A stretch of 64,000 nt of DNA from Chthoniobacterales bacterium. Lineage in GTDB: Bacteria > Verrucomicrobiota > Verrucomicrobiia > Chthoniobacterales > Chthoniobacteraceae. Under the pieces are notes generated by a model, which was not told the DNA's origin, did not search any database, and saw nothing but the letters and a program-made list of their open reading frames with translations. The position numbers and the translations under genes are program-made. This document shows, in pieces, positions 20,606 through 28,815 of this stretch. Numbering within the stretch: position 1 is the first letter of the stretch; the number at the start of each line of letters is the position of its first letter. Location: positions 1-64,000 of the forward strand of contig JBBQZX010000028.1 of the NCBI GenBank assembly GCA_038207335.1, written 5' to 3'.

Positions 20606-20656
20606 CCTCTGAATTTTCAAGTCGCCGAGCTTACAATGCTCTCCCGTCTAACGGGG

Positions 20657-21499
20657 TTAGGCGAGCACGATACTGAAGACCCCGGCCACTCTCCGAATGA
20701 AGGGTTGCTGCGCCACGGGGCTATTCTGTGCCCACTCCTTGAAATAGACATTTAGCGCCTGATCTGCGACCGGGGTTCCGAAATTGCAGTACGTGACGGC
20801 CTCCCAACCGGAAGGCTCCGCTTCGAAGAGAGGCAGAAGCTGGGCGGCAATCTGCAAATTCTTCTCCCGTTGTCCTGCATCGCTGCGCAGCGATGCTTCC
20901 TCGCTGGCGAACCATTCTGCGAAAGGTTTTGTCAAAGACTGCCGTGCTTGTTGAAGCCGGTTTTCCGCATACGTGGTGAGATCCGGAGCGAAACTCCGCC
21001 AATTCGGATAGGGAGGCGCTGTCGCCCATTGTCTCCCCATCGCCCGCAACGCAAAAAGGGAGGCTGTCTCGCACATCGATTCTTCGAACCAAAGGTTCGC
21101 TTTGGGTTCTTTGATCCAGAGCTTCTGCCAATCGTTGCTGTGGCCAGCCAAGGCGTGACAGAACTCATGAGCGAACTGAAAGGCGAACTGAGCCCAAAAC
21201 ATTCCCGCGACGTTGAGGCCGATGGCGACCCGGCCGTCCGCCCGGTGCTGGTAGTCCACGATGGGACTACCGTGGGAACGGTAAATGAAGAAACCGGGTT
21301 CCTTCCAACGGGTATTGGGGCAATGCTCCCAAAGGGTCGTCGCAGCCGAAGTCAGCACCGCCCGAATATTGTCCGTCGGCACGTCGTCAAAACCTTCTCC
21401 GATCTGGAAGTCGAGATCTCGGCTTTCTCGGGCTCCGATCAAATACGCAGGCCGCAAAATGACCGTCCCGCAAAGAGCGACAAACAGGCGGCGATTCAT
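20657..21499 (-). CDS. Exported hypothetical protein with HExxH (putative zinc metallopeptidase)
   Basis: MNRRLFVALCG.. Tat-like start, QFAFQFAHEFCH and LWFEESMCETAS. Confidence 0.7.
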   Translation of the reverse strand: MNRRLFVALCGTVILRPAYLIGARESRDLDFQIGEGFDDVPTDNIRAVLTSAATTLWEHCPNTRWKEPGFFIYRSHGSPIVDYQHRADGRVAIGLNVAGMFWAQFAFQFAHEFCHALAGHSNDWQKLWIKEPKANLWFEESMCETASLFALRAMGRQWATAPPYPNWRSFAPDLTTYAENRLQQARQSLTKPFAEWFASEEASLRSDAGQREKNLQIAAQLLPLFEAEPSGWEAVTYCNFGTPVADQALNVYFKEWAQNSPVAQQPFIRRVAGVFSIVLA

Positions 21500-21826
21500 T
21501 CGGAGATTTTTCACCAGGCGGCTCGGCGTACACGAGCAAAAGAAATTGGGGAGTGCCCTTTTACCAAACCCATCCATAATTGTAACCCGGCGTCCGGCCT
21601 GTCCGGAATCATTGAAACTTCAGAAAGAATGATCGGGAAACTCGCCATCTCGCAAATCCGGACGGGTCGGACGCCGTATTCCAACTGCTACTAGGAAAAG
21701 AGAAAAGCGTCCCGCTCTGTTCTGACCACGACGAAGTTTTCACCTTTTCCAAGACGAGTTGAATTTACCCGTCCGCCCCGTCCGGGAAATCGTTAATGTC
21801 CCCAATTGGGGACGATCCTCACAACT

Positions 21827-21860
21827 AAAAAAAGAGACCAGACGAAGTCTGATCTCTTTT
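21827..21860 (-). terminator. Rho-independent terminator downstream of the 21867..22544 gene
   Basis: Minus strand reads AAAAGAGATCAGAC-TTC-GTCTGGTCTCTTTTTTT. Confidence 0.75.
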
Positions 21861-21866
21861 CCCTGA

Positions 21867-22544
21867 TCACCACCTCCGGCGATCAGCCTTGCACGCAGCT
21901 TTCTCACGATCAGCCACCAGGTTGGCTCGCCAAGTGGGCACTTTTAGAGCATCCAAGACAGCCGAAGCTCTCATGAACTCACGTAGGTCATCAGCCAGCT
22001 TCACCTTCACTTCGCCCAGCGTCAAATAGCTCAACCCACTGCTCCTCGCTGTCTCGCTCAGGCTCTCACCTTCCAACATCCCGGCCACGATGACGCCATA
22101 GCGATAATCGTGTGAGCCGAGGAACGCATCCCAGTCCACATTTCTGCCACCTGCTGTCGCTGGATCTTCGTGCTGCACTGCCAGCAAACTCCCGAGGGTG
22201 ATTGCTTCATCCAACTCTGGGTCGTATCCTACTTCTTCTTCCGTGGACATCAGCGCACTCTTGCTGTCGAGCTGTGTGCCGCAGGCCATCACGTCGGCTC
22301 TCGAAGCGCCTGTGTTCCGCCTGCCGCTCTTCAAGTGAAGGATGGTATAGCAGGCTATGTTGCCCGGAGTTACCTGCTTGCCTGCTCTCTCGACGTTACT
22401 GAGCATCTGCGCGGACATCGCGATGCCGTCCTGCACCAACTCGTCACTGTCTTCACATCCCAATGTTCTGACGCATCTGTGGATCGCTGAACGGAACCGT
22501 GGGGCGATCTCTCCCATGAGCATTTCTCCTGATTCTGGACTCAT
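21867..22544 (-). CDS. Hypothetical protein resembling a divergent sigma-70/ECF-like DNA-binding protein
   Basis: EDSDELVQDG (sigma2-like DAEDLVQE) and MLEGESLSETARSSGLS (sigma4-like HTH). It has an RBS AAAGGAACC and its own terminator. Confidence 0.6.
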   Translation of the reverse strand: MSPESGEMLMGEIAPRFRSAIHRCVRTLGCEDSDELVQDGIAMSAQMLSNVERAGKQVTPGNIACYTILHLKSGRRNTGASRADVMACGTQLDSKSALMSTEEEVGYDPELDEAITLGSLLAVQHEDPATAGGRNVDWDAFLGSHDYRYGVIVAGMLEGESLSETARSSGLSYLTLGEVKVKLADDLREFMRASAVLDALKVPTWRANLVADREKAACKADRRRW

Positions 22545-22693
22545 ACTGCTTGGTTCCTTTCTGTGGTTGGAAGGTGACCGCGAGGGATGAGCACAAAGCT
22601 CCGCCCTACAACGGTCACCAGGTTGTGGTGAACCGCTCTTGAGGCGGTGGTGAGACTTAGCCGGAAGGGCTAAGGCATCGTCACTGTATTATA
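22545..22693 (-). promoter_or_regulatory. TATAAT box followed by a structured ~135-nt 5' leader
   Basis: TATAAT on the minus strand at 22688-22693. Hairpins lie at 22656-22674 and 22632-22648, with a multi-stem at 22573-22619. Confidence 0.55.
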
Positions 22694-22746
22694 CCGCAGA
22701 AGGGATATCGATTAGCAGAAGGGTTATAGCCCCAGGACTAATCAAT

Positions 22747-22791
22747 GCCTTAACGACACGCGGAGCCGTTCGCTGCAGCGCATGGTTAGGC
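22747..22791 (-). repeat. Internally deleted integron attC site (45 bp)
   Basis: Minus strand reads GCCTAAC-CATGCGCTGCAGCGAACGGCTCCGCGTGTC-GTTAAGGC. The left arm is nearly identical to the attC at 23104-23218. Confidence 0.7.
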
Positions 22792-23103
22792 GATTGGTCA
22801 TTTTTGGGGAAAGTCCTCATGGAACAACATGACTCCTGAACAGACCGAAATGATTCAAGATAGTTGACTGCACAAGCAGCGCGACGCCCCAGAGGAACGT
22901 CATGCAGAATCCATATGCAAGTGCGACAAGAACATGAAGAGCAACGCTCTCGCTCAAGCGCGATGTGCTTGCGATGATGATAGTGAAGATAAGCCACGCT
23001 CCCGCTCCATCGACTGGAATCGCTAAAAACGGACCTCAGCCGCACCGGCAACCGCCACCTCCCCCACGCCCTCTTCATGCCCGCCCTTGTCAATCAAGAG
23101 AGT
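22792..23103 (-). pseudogene. Degraded or fused integron gene cassette without a convincing ORF
   Basis: Lies between two attC sites. Hydrophobic peptide fragments occur in several frames. Confidence 0.45.
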
Positions 23104-23218
23104 ATCTAACGACCTTAAGCTCAGCGACTGCGGAGGGCGGCGCGGCTCCTGCGCGGCGGGTCTGCGGGGAGCAGGAGTCGTGACGCACGGAGCCGTTCGC
23201 TGCAGCGATTGGTTAGGC
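23104..23218 (-). repeat. Complete integron attC site (115 bp)
   Basis: Minus strand has R'' GCCTAAC, then GCTGCAGCGA pairing with TCGCTGAGC (one extrahelical base), then R' GTTAGAT. It is an imperfect palindrome throughout. Confidence 0.88.
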
Positions 23219-23239
23219 CGTTGGAAACAGATGAAGTCA

Positions 23240-23548
23240 TCACCGAAACAAAGAGAATATGACAATAGAAAAGGCTGTGATGTGTAAAAAAAGAGCAGTA
23301 GAAGCCACGCGTTTATGTTGCTCACGAGAAAGCAAGCCGATGATCGCTGCTACAACGCCGGCCAGACACGCGGGGACGAAAAGCGGCACGAGAACCAATC
23401 CAGCGCCAAGCGCCTTCTGCTCGCCGGTAATCGGCGGTGAGATGGTTGTAAATGCGTGCAACCATGCGGCAAGCGCGAGTGAACTCACTACTAAAAATGC
23501 CAGCGAAATAAAGCCGGCAATGTTCGGGATTACGGCTATGCGTTTCAT
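23240..23548 (-). CDS. Integron cassette gene: small (102 aa) three-TM membrane protein
   Basis: The ORF starts ~24 bp after GTTAGGC and stops just before the attC. It has three hydrophobic segments and lower GC than the flanking genes. Confidence 0.75.
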   Translation of the reverse strand: MKRIAVIPNIAGFISLAFLVVSSLALAAWLHAFTTISPPITGEQKALGAGLVLVPLFVPACLAGVVAAIIGLLSREQHKRVASTALFLHITAFSIVIFSLFR

Positions 23549-23571
23549 GCGCAATATATTGGACGGCTGCG

Positions 23572-23624
23572 GCCTAACTCTGAATTGGACGAAATGGTTT
23601 CGCAATTAAAGGCGAAATGGTTTC
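23572..23624 (-). promoter_or_regulatory. attI-like integron recombination site with direct repeats; no integrase nearby
   Basis: Minus strand has GAAACCATTTCG twice (23613-23624 and 23590-23601), then TCCAATTCAGA-GTTAGGC. No attC palindrome lies upstream of this GTT core. Confidence 0.55.
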
Positions 23625-23752
23625 TTCTATTTCGGAGGGGGCTTGGAGGGCATGGGTGGGAGGTGAACAGCCGGAGGGGTGAATGGCAAGGGGGAAGGAG
23701 GGATGCAACCTCTTCGATGGATGCTGCTTCCGCTCCATTCAATGTCCTGCTG

Positions 23753-23910
23753 CACTCGTGCAACGGGCCTCGGGAGCGATGCAGCGGGCTTCGGGAGCCA
23801 TGCAACGGGCTTCGGGAGCGGTGCAGTCTGCCTCGGGAGCGGTGCAGTGGTTACGCCGGATTACGAATGTGGGCACCGGATCACGAATATGCCACGCCGG
23901 ATTACGACAT
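23753..23910. repeat. 21-bp tandem repeats (5 copies, GAGCGGTGCAGCGGGCTTCGG-like) followed by three CCGGAT(T/C)ACGA motifs spaced 20-21 bp
   Basis: Units start at 23753, 23774, 23795, 23816 and 23837. The motifs start at 23856, 23876 and 23897. Confidence 0.85.
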
Positions 23911-24156
23911 AGGCATCATGATGCCTGAGCGGCTTACCAAATATTTTGGCGATTTGCGAGCAGTTTTTGGCTCGTCGAGTGTGCGGATTTTACCAGTGGT
24001 GGAGGCGATGGCGGCGAGGAGGCATCGGATGCCGTTTTGTCAGTATGTCACCCGGGGCGGCGAAGATGGCCGCGCTGCAATTCTTTTTGTGGGCGTTGGT
24101 TGCGCTTGGCAGGGTGCGGGAGTTGTGCTGAATTCCCGGCCCGCTTTTCTGGCACT

Positions 24157-25236
24157 GTGTCTCTTCGCAAAACTCTATTGGTTTTTTTCGCCGGGTGGTT
24201 TGTCGCCATCTCGGTGCTGCATGCTCGGTTGAACCCGGATTCGGTGCGGGGTTTGTGGGAGTATTTCGCGGATTTTACGAGGAAGACGGGTGGGGTTTCG
24301 ACGGGGCCGTTTCGGATCGGGTTCCTGCCGGTGACGTGTCACCTGACGTGCCCGGTGACGGATTTCATCAATAAGCAGGTGACGGGGCATGGGGCGTTTG
24401 AGCCGGTGCGGTTCAATAGCTGGCCGGAGTTGAAGGAGGCTTACATCGCGGGGCATACGCCTGCGACTTTCATCCTGGCGCCGATGGCGATCGCGCTGCG
24501 GGAGCAGGGGGTGCGGATCAAGATCGTGTATCTGGGGCATCGGGATGGGTCTGCGGTGATGGTGCACAAGGATTCGAGGATTTTCCGGATGGAGGATCTG
24601 CGGGGGAAGCGGATCGCGGTGCCGAATCGCTACTCGAATCAGCGGCTGCTTTTCTTCCGGGCGCTGAAGGCGGCGGGGATGAAGCCGGCGGATGTGGAGA
24701 TGCTGGAGATGCCGCCGCCGGATATGCCTGCGGCGCTTTACTCGAAGGCGGTGGATGCGATTTGCTCGGGGGAGCCGTTCATGGCGCAGACGGAGCTGGA
24801 TGGGTATGGGCGGGTGCTGTGGCTGACGAAGGATGTGTGGCCGAATTTCATCTCGTGTGTGCTGGCGGTGGATGAGGAGGTGATCGCGACGCGGCGGGCG
24901 GATGTGCAGGCGCTGGTGAATGGGATCGCAAGGAGCGGGAAGTGGCTGGATGAGAGCATGGATCACCGGATGAGCGCGGCGCGGTTTGTGTCGAAGAACT
25001 ACTATATGCAGGATCCGCGGCTGCTGAGCTTCGTGCTGAGCAAGCCGCCGGATCGGGTGAAGTACACGCGGCTGGAGCCGCTGGCGCCGGACTTTGCGGA
25101 GATCGAGGAGCTGGGACGGGAGTCGGGGATTTTGAAGGGGACGGCGCATTTTAAGGATTACGTGGATCCGTCGTTCGCGGAGGCGGCGCTGAAGGATGCG
25201 GAGCCGTGGAAGTACGAGGGGGAGGCGGGGGAATGA
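24157..25236 (+). CDS. ABC transporter substrate-binding protein, NitT/TauT (NrtA/SsuA-like) family
   Basis: N-terminal TM, IGFLPVTCHLTCP, DLRGKRIAVP, MPPPDMPAAL and GEPF..CVLAV. The GTG 24157 start is inferred. Confidence 0.85.
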   Translation: MSLRKTLLVFFAGWFVAISVLHARLNPDSVRGLWEYFADFTRKTGGVSTGPFRIGFLPVTCHLTCPVTDFINKQVTGHGAFEPVRFNSWPELKEAYIAGHTPATFILAPMAIALREQGVRIKIVYLGHRDGSAVMVHKDSRIFRMEDLRGKRIAVPNRYSNQRLLFFRALKAAGMKPADVEMLEMPPPDMPAALYSKAVDAICSGEPFMAQTELDGYGRVLWLTKDVWPNFISCVLAVDEEVIATRRADVQALVNGIARSGKWLDESMDHRMSAARFVSKNYYMQDPRLLSFVLSKPPDRVKYTRLEPLAPDFAEIEELGRESGILKGTAHFKDYVDPSFAEAALKDAEPWKYEGEAGE

Positions 25237-26003
25237 GCGGGGATCGGGCGTGGCTGAAGGTGGCGCTGCCGGTGGGGGTGGCGGTGATATTCCTGCTGGC
25301 GTGGGATGCCGCGGTGCGGGTGTCGGCGAGCGAGGTGTTCCCGCGTCCGCTGGAGGTGGCGCGCGGCATCGGGGAACTCGCGCAGAAGGGGCTGCTGGTG
25401 AAATATATCGTGGCGTCGCTGTTCCGCGTGACGTGGGGCTTCGGGCTGGCGGTGGTGGTCGGGGTGCCGTTCGGGTTGTTTCTCGGGTGGTTCTCGCTGG
25501 CCTACGTGGCGTTCAATCCGATGCTGCAGATCTTTCGCCCGATCTCGCCGATCGCGTGGATCCCGGTGGCGATCCTGTGGTTTGGCATCACCGATCTGGC
25601 GCCGATCTTCCTGATCTTCCTCGCGAGCGTCTTCCCCATCGCGCTCTCGGCCACCTCCGCCGTGCAGAATATGCAGCCGGTCTATCTCCGCGCGGCGCAG
25701 AACTTCGGCCTCTCGCGGCTCCAGCTCTTCCGGCGCGTGATCTTCCCGTCGTGCCTGCCGCAGATCATCACGGGGCTCCGCATCGCGCTCGGCATCGCAT
25801 GGCTCGTGGTCGTCGCGGCGGAGATGATCGCGGTGAACTCGGGCCTCGGATACCTCATTATCGACGCGCGAAACGCGGGCAAACGCTACGACCTCGTGGT
25901 TGCCGGGATGGTGCTGATCGGGATCATCGGCCTGCTGCTCGACCTGCTCGTGCGCCGGCTGGAGCGCTTCGATGAAGTGCGCTGGGGGTACGCGAGCCGA
26001 TGA
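25233..26003 (+). CDS. ABC transporter permease, NitT/TauT family
   Basis: SLFRV..FRPISPIAWIP, an EAA-like loop (RAAQNFG..VIFPSCLP) and VVAAEMI..SGLGYLI. Confidence 0.92.
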   Translation: MSGDRAWLKVALPVGVAVIFLLAWDAAVRVSASEVFPRPLEVARGIGELAQKGLLVKYIVASLFRVTWGFGLAVVVGVPFGLFLGWFSLAYVAFNPMLQIFRPISPIAWIPVAILWFGITDLAPIFLIFLASVFPIALSATSAVQNMQPVYLRAAQNFGLSRLQLFRRVIFPSCLPQIITGLRIALGIAWLVVVAAEMIAVNSGLGYLIIDARNAGKRYDLVVAGMVLIGIIGLLLDLLVRRLERFDEVRWGYASR

Positions 26004-26818
26004 GCAATTCTGCGAGCGCCATCTCGGTCCGCGATCTGTGGATGAGCTTCCCTGGCAAGCAGTCCGGGCAGCAGATTCATGTGCTGGAGCGCATCGATCT
26101 CGATGTCGCGCCGGGGGAATTCGTCTGCATCGTCGGGCCCTCCGGCTGCGGCAAATCGACGCTCTTGAATATCATCGGCGGCTTCCTGCGGCAGACACGC
26201 GGGGAGGCAATCGTGGAGGGGAAGCCTGTGACCGGTCCCGATCCGCGGCGCATCTTTGTCTTCCAGGAGAATGGCGTTTTCCCGTGGCTCACCGTCCGCG
26301 AGAACATCGGCTTCGGCCTGCTCGCTAAACCCGATGCGGAGCGCGAGAAGATCGTCGCGCATTATACCGAGATGGTCGGTCTGGGCGGCTTCGAGAGTGC
26401 CTACCCGCGCGAACTCTCCGGCGGCATGAGGCAGCGCGTCGAGATCGCGCGCGCCCTCGCGGCTGACCCGCACATTATCTATATGGATGAGCCATTCGGC
26501 GCGCTGGACTTCATCACGAGGCTGAAGATGCGCGCCGATCTCGTGCGCATCTGGCAGGCGGAGAAAAAGACGATCCTTTTCGTGACGCACGACATCGAGG
26601 AGGCGGTGCAGCTCGCCGACCGCGTCATCATCATGAGCCGCCGCCCGGCGACCATTCAACAGGTCGTGCCTGTCCCGCTTCCGCGCCCGCGCGATCTCGA
26701 CTCGCCCGGCTACCTGCGCACCCGCGACACGATCTTCGAGGCGATGGGCATGAGCCTCCGAATCGGGGAGTCGCTCACTTCGACTCGTGCCGGAACTCCT
26801 CCGTTACCTGCGCGATGA
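26000..26818 (+). CDS. ABC transporter ATP-binding protein, NitT/TauT family
   Basis: GPSGCGKST, LSGGMRQR, MDEPFGALD and FVTHDIEEAV. Confidence 0.95.
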   Translation: MSNSASAISVRDLWMSFPGKQSGQQIHVLERIDLDVAPGEFVCIVGPSGCGKSTLLNIIGGFLRQTRGEAIVEGKPVTGPDPRRIFVFQENGVFPWLTVRENIGFGLLAKPDAEREKIVAHYTEMVGLGGFESAYPRELSGGMRQRVEIARALAADPHIIYMDEPFGALDFITRLKMRADLVRIWQAEKKTILFVTHDIEEAVQLADRVIIMSRRPATIQQVVPVPLPRPRDLDSPGYLRTRDTIFEAMGMSLRIGESLTSTRAGTPPLPAR

Positions 26819-27320
26819 GGAAGCCGAACTTCCGCACCGAGTCGCGGTTGATCATCGTGCGACCGTCCGGCTGGAGATACATGCGCTGCGTCATCGACAC
26901 GTTGTAGAGCGGATTCCCCGGCTTGGTTGCCAGCGTGAATTTCCACTGGAACATATTCCCGCTCGCCACGCCGTGCGCCTTGCCGATTACGTCGTTCGCC
27001 GTCGCCTCGAAGTGATGCGCGTCGATCCGCCGCATCCGCCACGAGCGGTGCTGCTTTGGCTTGTTGCCCATGTAGAGGTCCTGCTCCATGTGCAACTCCC
27101 CATCGACCACGCGGCCCCACGTCTCGGTGATGATCTGAGTGGTAGGCGCACCGCCGCTATTTTCCAGCACGCCCCACGAGCGTGTGTGGCCGGTGTAAAA
27201 GGCGAGGGGGTCGAATGCCGGACGGTTTGCCGCGAAGTCGGCGGGTTTCAGGGAGCCCGCGCACGCCGTGGAGAGCGAAAGGAGCGTCAGCAGGGCGAGA
27301 CGGAAAAGAGTTCGATTCAT
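26775..27320 (-). CDS. DUF3833 family lipoprotein
   Basis: Lipobox LSTAC, FDPLAFYTGHTRSWG, RSWRMRR..FEATANDVIGKAHG and MYLQPDG..INR..KFG. Confidence 0.8.
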   Translation of the reverse strand: MNRTLFRLALLTLLSLSTACAGSLKPADFAANRPAFDPLAFYTGHTRSWGVLENSGGAPTTQIITETWGRVVDGELHMEQDLYMGNKPKQHRSWRMRRIDAHHFEATANDVIGKAHGVASGNMFQWKFTLATKPGNPLYNVSMTQRMYLQPDGRTMINRDSVRKFGFLIAQVTEEFRHESK

Positions 27321-28426
27321 GCGGGTGAAACGTCGGCGGGACTCGGGGCGGTTGCATCGATGCTGCCGCTGCGGATGTGCAGGTCGCGCTGGGGGAAGGG
27401 GATTTCGATGCCGGCTTCGCGGAGGCCGCGTTCGATGGCGAAGTTCAAGTCGCTGCGGAAGCGGCGCGGGCGGTAGCTCATTTCGTCGCTCCAGACGGCG
27501 AGTTCGAAGTCCAGCGAGCTGTCGCCGAAGCCGCTGAAGAAGACGCTGGGCTCGGGGGTCTTGAGCGCGTGCTCGTTGGCGGCGGCGACGGCCAGCAGGA
27601 CGGCGCGCACTTTCTCGAGGTCGCTGCCGTAGGCGACGCCGACGGGGATGCGAAAGCGGACGCGTGGGTCGTCGTGGCTCCAGTTGGTGACGGTGGAGGT
27701 GACGAAGAGGGAGTTCGGCACGATCATCGCGATGTTGTCGTTGGTGACGACCGTGGTGCTGCGGGCGCGGATGCGTCGCACCTGGCCCGCGACTTTATCC
27801 ACCTCCACGCGGTCGCCGATGCGGATGGGCCGCTCGAGGAGGATGATGAGGCCGCTGATGAAATTGCGGGTGATATCCTGGAGGCCAAAGCCGAGCCCGA
27901 CGCCGAGCGCCCCTGCGAAGACGGCGAGCGCCGAGAGGTCGATCCCGGCATTTTGAAAGACGAGCGCGGCGACGACGATGAGGATGAGGTATCCGACGAT
28001 CTGCGCGATGGTGTATTGCAGCGCGCGGTCGAGGCCGCTGGTGCTCAGGAAGCGGGTGAAGAAGAAGCGCTTTGCCCACGCCGAAAACCAGAAGGCCAGC
28101 GCGAGCAGGATGAGCAGTCGCAGGACGACGAGGAGGCTGAGGCTGAGGCCGGGGATGCGCGCGTCCCAGTTGATGGGGATGCCGCCGGTATCGAGCCCGG
28201 CGACGGAGCAGCCGACGAGGGCCATGAGGGCGACGGTGGCGGTGACGACGCCGACGTGCGCCTTATCGATGCCAAACTTCGTGAACCACCGCCGCACGAG
28301 GTCGCTCTGGATGGCGGCGGAGAGGAGGAAGCCGACGGTGACGAACACGGCGAACGCAGCGACTCCGGCGAGGGAGATCCAGTGGTCGAGGAGTATGAAG
28401 CGGGGTTCGTAAAACCAGAGAGGCAT
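27317..28426 (-). CDS. Small-conductance mechanosensitive channel (MscS/MscK-like); start uncertain (28426 or 28540)
   Basis: GALGVGLGFGLQDITRNFISGLIILLERPIRIGD, VPNS..VTNWS, VGVAYGSD, FGDSSLDFEL and IPFPQRDLH. Confidence 0.92.
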   Translation of the reverse strand: MPLWFYEPRFILLDHWISLAGVAAFAVFVTVGFLLSAAIQSDLVRRWFTKFGIDKAHVGVVTATVALMALVGCSVAGLDTGGIPINWDARIPGLSLSLLVVLRLLILLALAFWFSAWAKRFFFTRFLSTSGLDRALQYTIAQIVGYLILIVVAALVFQNAGIDLSALAVFAGALGVGLGFGLQDITRNFISGLIILLERPIRIGDRVEVDKVAGQVRRIRARSTTVVTNDNIAMIVPNSLFVTSTVTNWSHDDPRVRFRIPVGVAYGSDLEKVRAVLLAVAAANEHALKTPEPSVFFSGFGDSSLDFELAVWSDEMSYRPRRFRSDLNFAIERGLREAGIEIPFPQRDLHIRSGSIDATAPSPADVSPA

Positions 28427-28815
28427 GGGAAAGGGTCGGGGTGAGAGAAGGTGAATCGCGCGCGAATGCCAGTGCGCGCCCGTCTCGGCGAGAATGTCGC
28501 GGAAGCCGGGGATGGGTTGCCAGAGGCGGCTGGCATACACGCGGGTGCGGCGTTACCGGGGAAGGCTCACAGGGGCTTCCGCGAGGTCGCGGATGGCATT
28601 CCACGGATTCCTATTCGGGAGCTACAAATGGGCGAAATGAGACAGGTTTTGGCAAAATCCTCAACTTTGAAACCCATCGCGAGAGACCCGATGGCGCGAT
28701 TTTCACCCGGACGATGCGGTCGCGAATGGGCTGCGCCGTTTCTGCCAATCGCCTCTGGGCTGCCAAATAAGTCGATCTTGCAAATTCGCGGGAGAATCCG
28801 AAGGTTTTTGGCCGG

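Noticed and set aside
22689..23325. ORFs containing PNHALQRTAP / PNQSLQRTAP
   Set aside because: These peptides are translations of attC sites, not proteins.
23753..23910. Possible CRISPR array
   Set aside because: The units are contiguous 21-bp tandem repeats without unique spacers, and there are no cas genes in the window.
23585..24232. 215-aa ORF as an integron integrase
   Set aside because: It has no tyrosine-recombinase R-H-R-Y motifs and is mostly translated repeats.
26775..26818. 44-bp convergent overlap between the ABC ATPase and DUF3833 genes
   Set aside because: Short tail-to-tail overlaps with non-conserved C-terminal extensions are common.
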